In this document: positions 60,486 through 64,000 of the stretch, in pieces
Layout: every line of letters begins with the position of its first letter
Position numbering within the stretch: position 1 is the first letter of the stretch
Source of the DNA: Tubulanus polymorphus
Lineage: Eukaryota > Animalia > Nemertea
NCBI RefSeq assembly: GCF_964204645.1
Contig: NC_134028.1
Location: 6,944,001 to 7,008,000, forward strand
Reading direction: 5' to 3'
DNA length: 64,000 nucleotides
Translations under genes and position numbers: made by a program
The notes under the pieces: model-generated
Told to the model about the DNA's origin: nothing
Database searches by the model: none
What the model saw: only the letters and a program-made list of their open reading frames with translations

Positions 60486-62145
60486 TACATAACATGACAT
60501 TCAACACACAACACCTAGCACACAAGTATAAACAGACAAATGAAGCTTTGTAAATGCAATAAGAAAATATCAACTTTTTGCAAAGATTTTATGATTATGC
60601 ATATATGAACGTAAATTTATACGGAATACATAGTAGCTAAGGGCTATTTAATGGAATGAATTTTGGAACTACAAAACCACCAATAAATGATAGTTCAATG
60701 ATGACAAGGCGCATAATGTCAAAGTTGAAGTCTTGTTGCTCCAAGATTGCAGGTAGTTGGCAGAACTGCAAGCTGCTTTAAAATCTACTTGTCACCATCA
60801 AAAAATCTATCATCAGTTTCTAATAACAAAGCCATGTTCACAATACATCATTTAAAGAACCGTCTAAAAACAGACCGAGCATTCACTCTAGCAAAAAGTC
60901 CGTTCTGGATACGCACCCATTTAGGATGGTCTAACTAGTGGAAGTGCGAACGCGGCTCTACGGTGTCCGGGGACCTAATTAGGTAGATAATGAAATTCTA
61001 TATGTGGAAGTTGAATTCATTACCCTGATGAAATAGTGTCTCATTTCTGATACGGTGACTGCGAATCCCATGCGATTAGTTATATCGACATGATGCGACT
61101 GTGATGGGGGATCGGCGTCAGAGGGGTTCGTACGTATTTCCCGAAGCAGATGACGACACGCCGGTATCACTTCCGCGCGATCGCGACAATTGCGTAATTC
61201 CAGCTTTTCCACGTCTGTGTCTCTCTCTCTCGCGAGGACGGTGGTTACATTACACGCCTACGAAGCTCTCGTAAATTGAAATATAATTTGATGGATCGGT
61301 CACAGATGTATTGACATAAAGCAAATCACTATTCTCAGATTTAAATTAACGATCATCGCGCGGCAGTTCACCCGCTATAGCGCTGGCCTTCTCCACGGGT
61401 GAACCCAGTACGAAGGACCCCGTCATCGGGTCACGTTAGAATGATGAGAACGAAAAAAAAAATGTTTGAAAATTTCTTAAGCGTATGATATCTCTGTATA
61501 TAGGTCATCCGCGGTTTGAAGCAAGTGGCGCCCTCTGAACCACCTTTGGTTCGCTATGATGTAAGTATTCCGTTGTCATAGCAAGTGCTACTAAAAAAAA
61601 AACAGTAATTTTATCTTTGAATATCTTTTACATTTTAATTACTACTTATTATCACTTAGTGATCCTCAGTGGCTGGGCACGTCTTTTTCAAGCTTTTTAT
61701 CTTAGTCAGACTGGTTGCCGTCTAAAGCAGCTCATAGATCATAAAATCTCCAAAATTCAGCTTAACAATCATCATAGTGATTCATTTAAACAATTTTAAA
61801 GCTCTCAAATCTTGCCCGAAATTTTTCAAACTTAAGAATATCAATTTTCCTCTCATTTTCTGTTCTTATACTTATACTATCGTTGGCTTTACGCGGTATA
61901 TACGCTTCTTTTTGGTTTTTGTGGTGAAAGGTCCTTACCCTTAATTACAATAATGACAAATTCAACCCTGAGAGCATTCAATTTTGGGATATTGACCACG
62001 ATTTCTGAACGAAAAGCTAAAAAACGAATTTTGGAGATTTTCTTTGTCGTAGGTTTTTTCAACATCTTTATAATCCACTAATTTTGACAATTCTATGATA
62101 TCTACCGGTATGGAATATGTAATCGGGTATTTTGGTAGTAGGTGG

Positions 62146-62259
<114 letters not shown>

Positions 62260-62521
62260 AATACTCACTTTATATTATGTTTCACGTTCTGAAGCAACCG
62301 ATATCAAAAATCAAAATTCACCCAATGCCTGCCTGTTTTTTTTTTTTCGTTTTCGCGTCGTAGCATGTAACATCATCTTTAGAAATACGAGAAACCGACT
62401 TCAGGCGATGTATGAAATTACGGATCATTGCGAGAAAGGTCTCGATGTTTTGAGAATGTTAGTTCGATGGTTCTGCTGAACTTAGAGATTATTGATAAAC
62501 TCAGGACGCCGTTGTGACTAA

Positions 62522-62763
62522 AGCCGCGATCGCATGGAGACGATTTGGCCCCGGTCAAATTGGCATGGATCAGTTGGCCAGTGCCTAAGAGAGTGCGTTC
62601 ACACGTAAACCACTTACTCGATACTTAACAAAGTGAACTGAGTCACTTTTGGAACCAGTTGCAAAAATTTGGCTCAGACCTGTTCCAAGATTTTTGGTCG
62701 GGCCAAATTTAGCCCGAGCCAAACAGGCACCCGTGTGAATAGTTGATCCTGGCGATCGCGGCT
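62522..62763. mobile_element. Harbinger-like MITE copy
   Basis: AGCCGCGATCGC ... GCGATCGCGGCT. Confidence 0.8.
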
Positions 62764-63115
62764 TATACATCAGTGCGACCTGAACTAGACATCTGTACAT
62801 GTCGATCTTACCGCATGAGTGGTCTTTAACCAGAATATCTCTTGTCATTCGACGTTGGATTGTTTTGGCAACTCGGGCGGGTGATCGTAGAAACCTAGCC
62901 TTTTTATTTCGACTACCGGGTAGATATCGCTCATCTCTTGAATCAGTTTTTTAATTTCAGCGCAAATATTCGAACGTTTTTACTCTGTATTTGTTTTATA
63001 TAGAATACGCCCGTTATAGTATCTAGCACAGGTGGAGGAAGAGACGACGGCGCAGTATAGGCAGCAAATAATGCTGAACTATTTTCTATCGTTGGATATT
63101 TCTACGCAATCGTAA

Positions 63116-63596
63116 AAATTGACATTTATGTAGCGCAGGTATCCAAGAGAGTCTGTTCAGATGCGCTCCAAACTTGGTATTATTACCCCTAGCCTATAAC
63201 TCTATTCATGTATCAGTCATCTCTCCCACAGTAACATCCGAGCGGCTGCTAGGCGCTCAGGAGTCATCTATCAGGCCAGGTACCCATTAGCCGCGATCAC
63301 ACAGAGACGATTTTGCCCGGACCAAATTGGCACGGATCAGGCTCGGGCCAAATTTGGCCCGTGCCTAATTAGAGAGCGCGTTCACACGCAAACCATTCAC
63401 TCGATACTAAACAATGCTAAAATTTGGCAAGGGCCAAAAGTGCTCGTGTGATCGCGCCTATTTACTCCTGGGTGGAGAGAGGCAATGAGGATAAGTGTCT
63501 TGCCCGAGGGCACTATGGTAAAGTACGGGGGGGGGTTCGAACCCACGACCTGGCTTCCCACAGTCGAACGCTCTAACCGCTCGCCCACACCGCTTG
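63116..63596 (-). mobile_element. tRNA-derived SINE interrupted by a MITE
   Basis: Minus strand: A-box-like TGGGCGAGCGGTTAGAGCG, B-box GGTTCGAACCC, core GTGCCCTCGGGCAAGACACTT..CTCTCTCCACCCAGGAGTAAAT/GGGTACC, tail GCGCTACATAAATGTC. Confidence 0.8.
63289..63459. mobile_element. Harbinger-like MITE, internally deleted, nested in a SINE
   Basis: ATT|AGCCGCGATCACAC ... GTGTGATCGCGCCT|ATT. Confidence 0.85.
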
Positions 63597-64000
63597 CTCA
63601 ACGATAATCTACATTTCTACGACGATTTACATTTCCGTCCCCCGACGAGCGGAACCATCACGGAAAATACTCGTCGACGCTTCCCCTGAATATGATAGCC
63701 GGCAACTGCTAAATGAAAGTGTGCAGCCGTCGATTGTTCGGTTTTTTTGCAGTGATGTTATGTATTACACAATCTAGTAGTCTAGAATTATATGCCACAA
63801 TTTCATGTATATTCAGGACAGCGTTCGACGCAAATATCGTCGTAAAGCGAGAATGAATATATACATATATATATATATCACTTCTGCGCGTAAGTCGTAG
63901 GCCGTAATAGCTCTGAAGGGACGGACAGTGTTTCTCATTATTCGACCAGTTTGCCGGCAAATAGCTTCCAACGCCGCGACGCAATTGAGTATTTACGCTT

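Noticed and set aside
63520-63596. tRNA gene
   Set aside because: Has A/B boxes but no complete cloverleaf and continues into a SINE body; other B-box fragments (about 36460 and 52755) are also SINE-like remnants.

Overview
AT-rich, intron-rich animal genomic DNA, probably an invertebrate (the species cannot be determined from the sequence). The ORF track is mostly noise because the real genes are spliced. Three genes can be rebuilt by hand with consistent GT-AG splice phases. (1) The 5' part of an INTS15/C7orf26-like gene on the minus strand (3 coding exons, runs off the left edge). (2) A complete 15-exon GGA clathrin-adaptor gene (VHS-GAT-hinge-GAE, 684 aa, 2339-13152), head-to-head with INTS15 across a roughly 1 kb shared promoter region. 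(3) The 5' part of a GAF-domain cyclic-nucleotide phosphodiesterase of the PDE11/PDE5 family (4 coding exons from 19839, with a 33 kb intron after the first; runs off the right edge). The introns hold many short non-autonomous transposons (Harbinger-like, piggyBac-like, and CAG-ended elements with 5-bp TSDs), a tRNA-derived SINE, palindromes, minisatellites and (TA)n tracts. I found no prokaryote-type system (CRISPR, operon) and no clearly new system. The best leads are candidate GGA micro/cassette exons, an orphan promoter plus exon upstream of the PDE, a nested MITE-in-SINE insertion, the 5-bp-TSD MITE class and long intronic palindromes. Gene identities come from recalled family motifs, not database searches.
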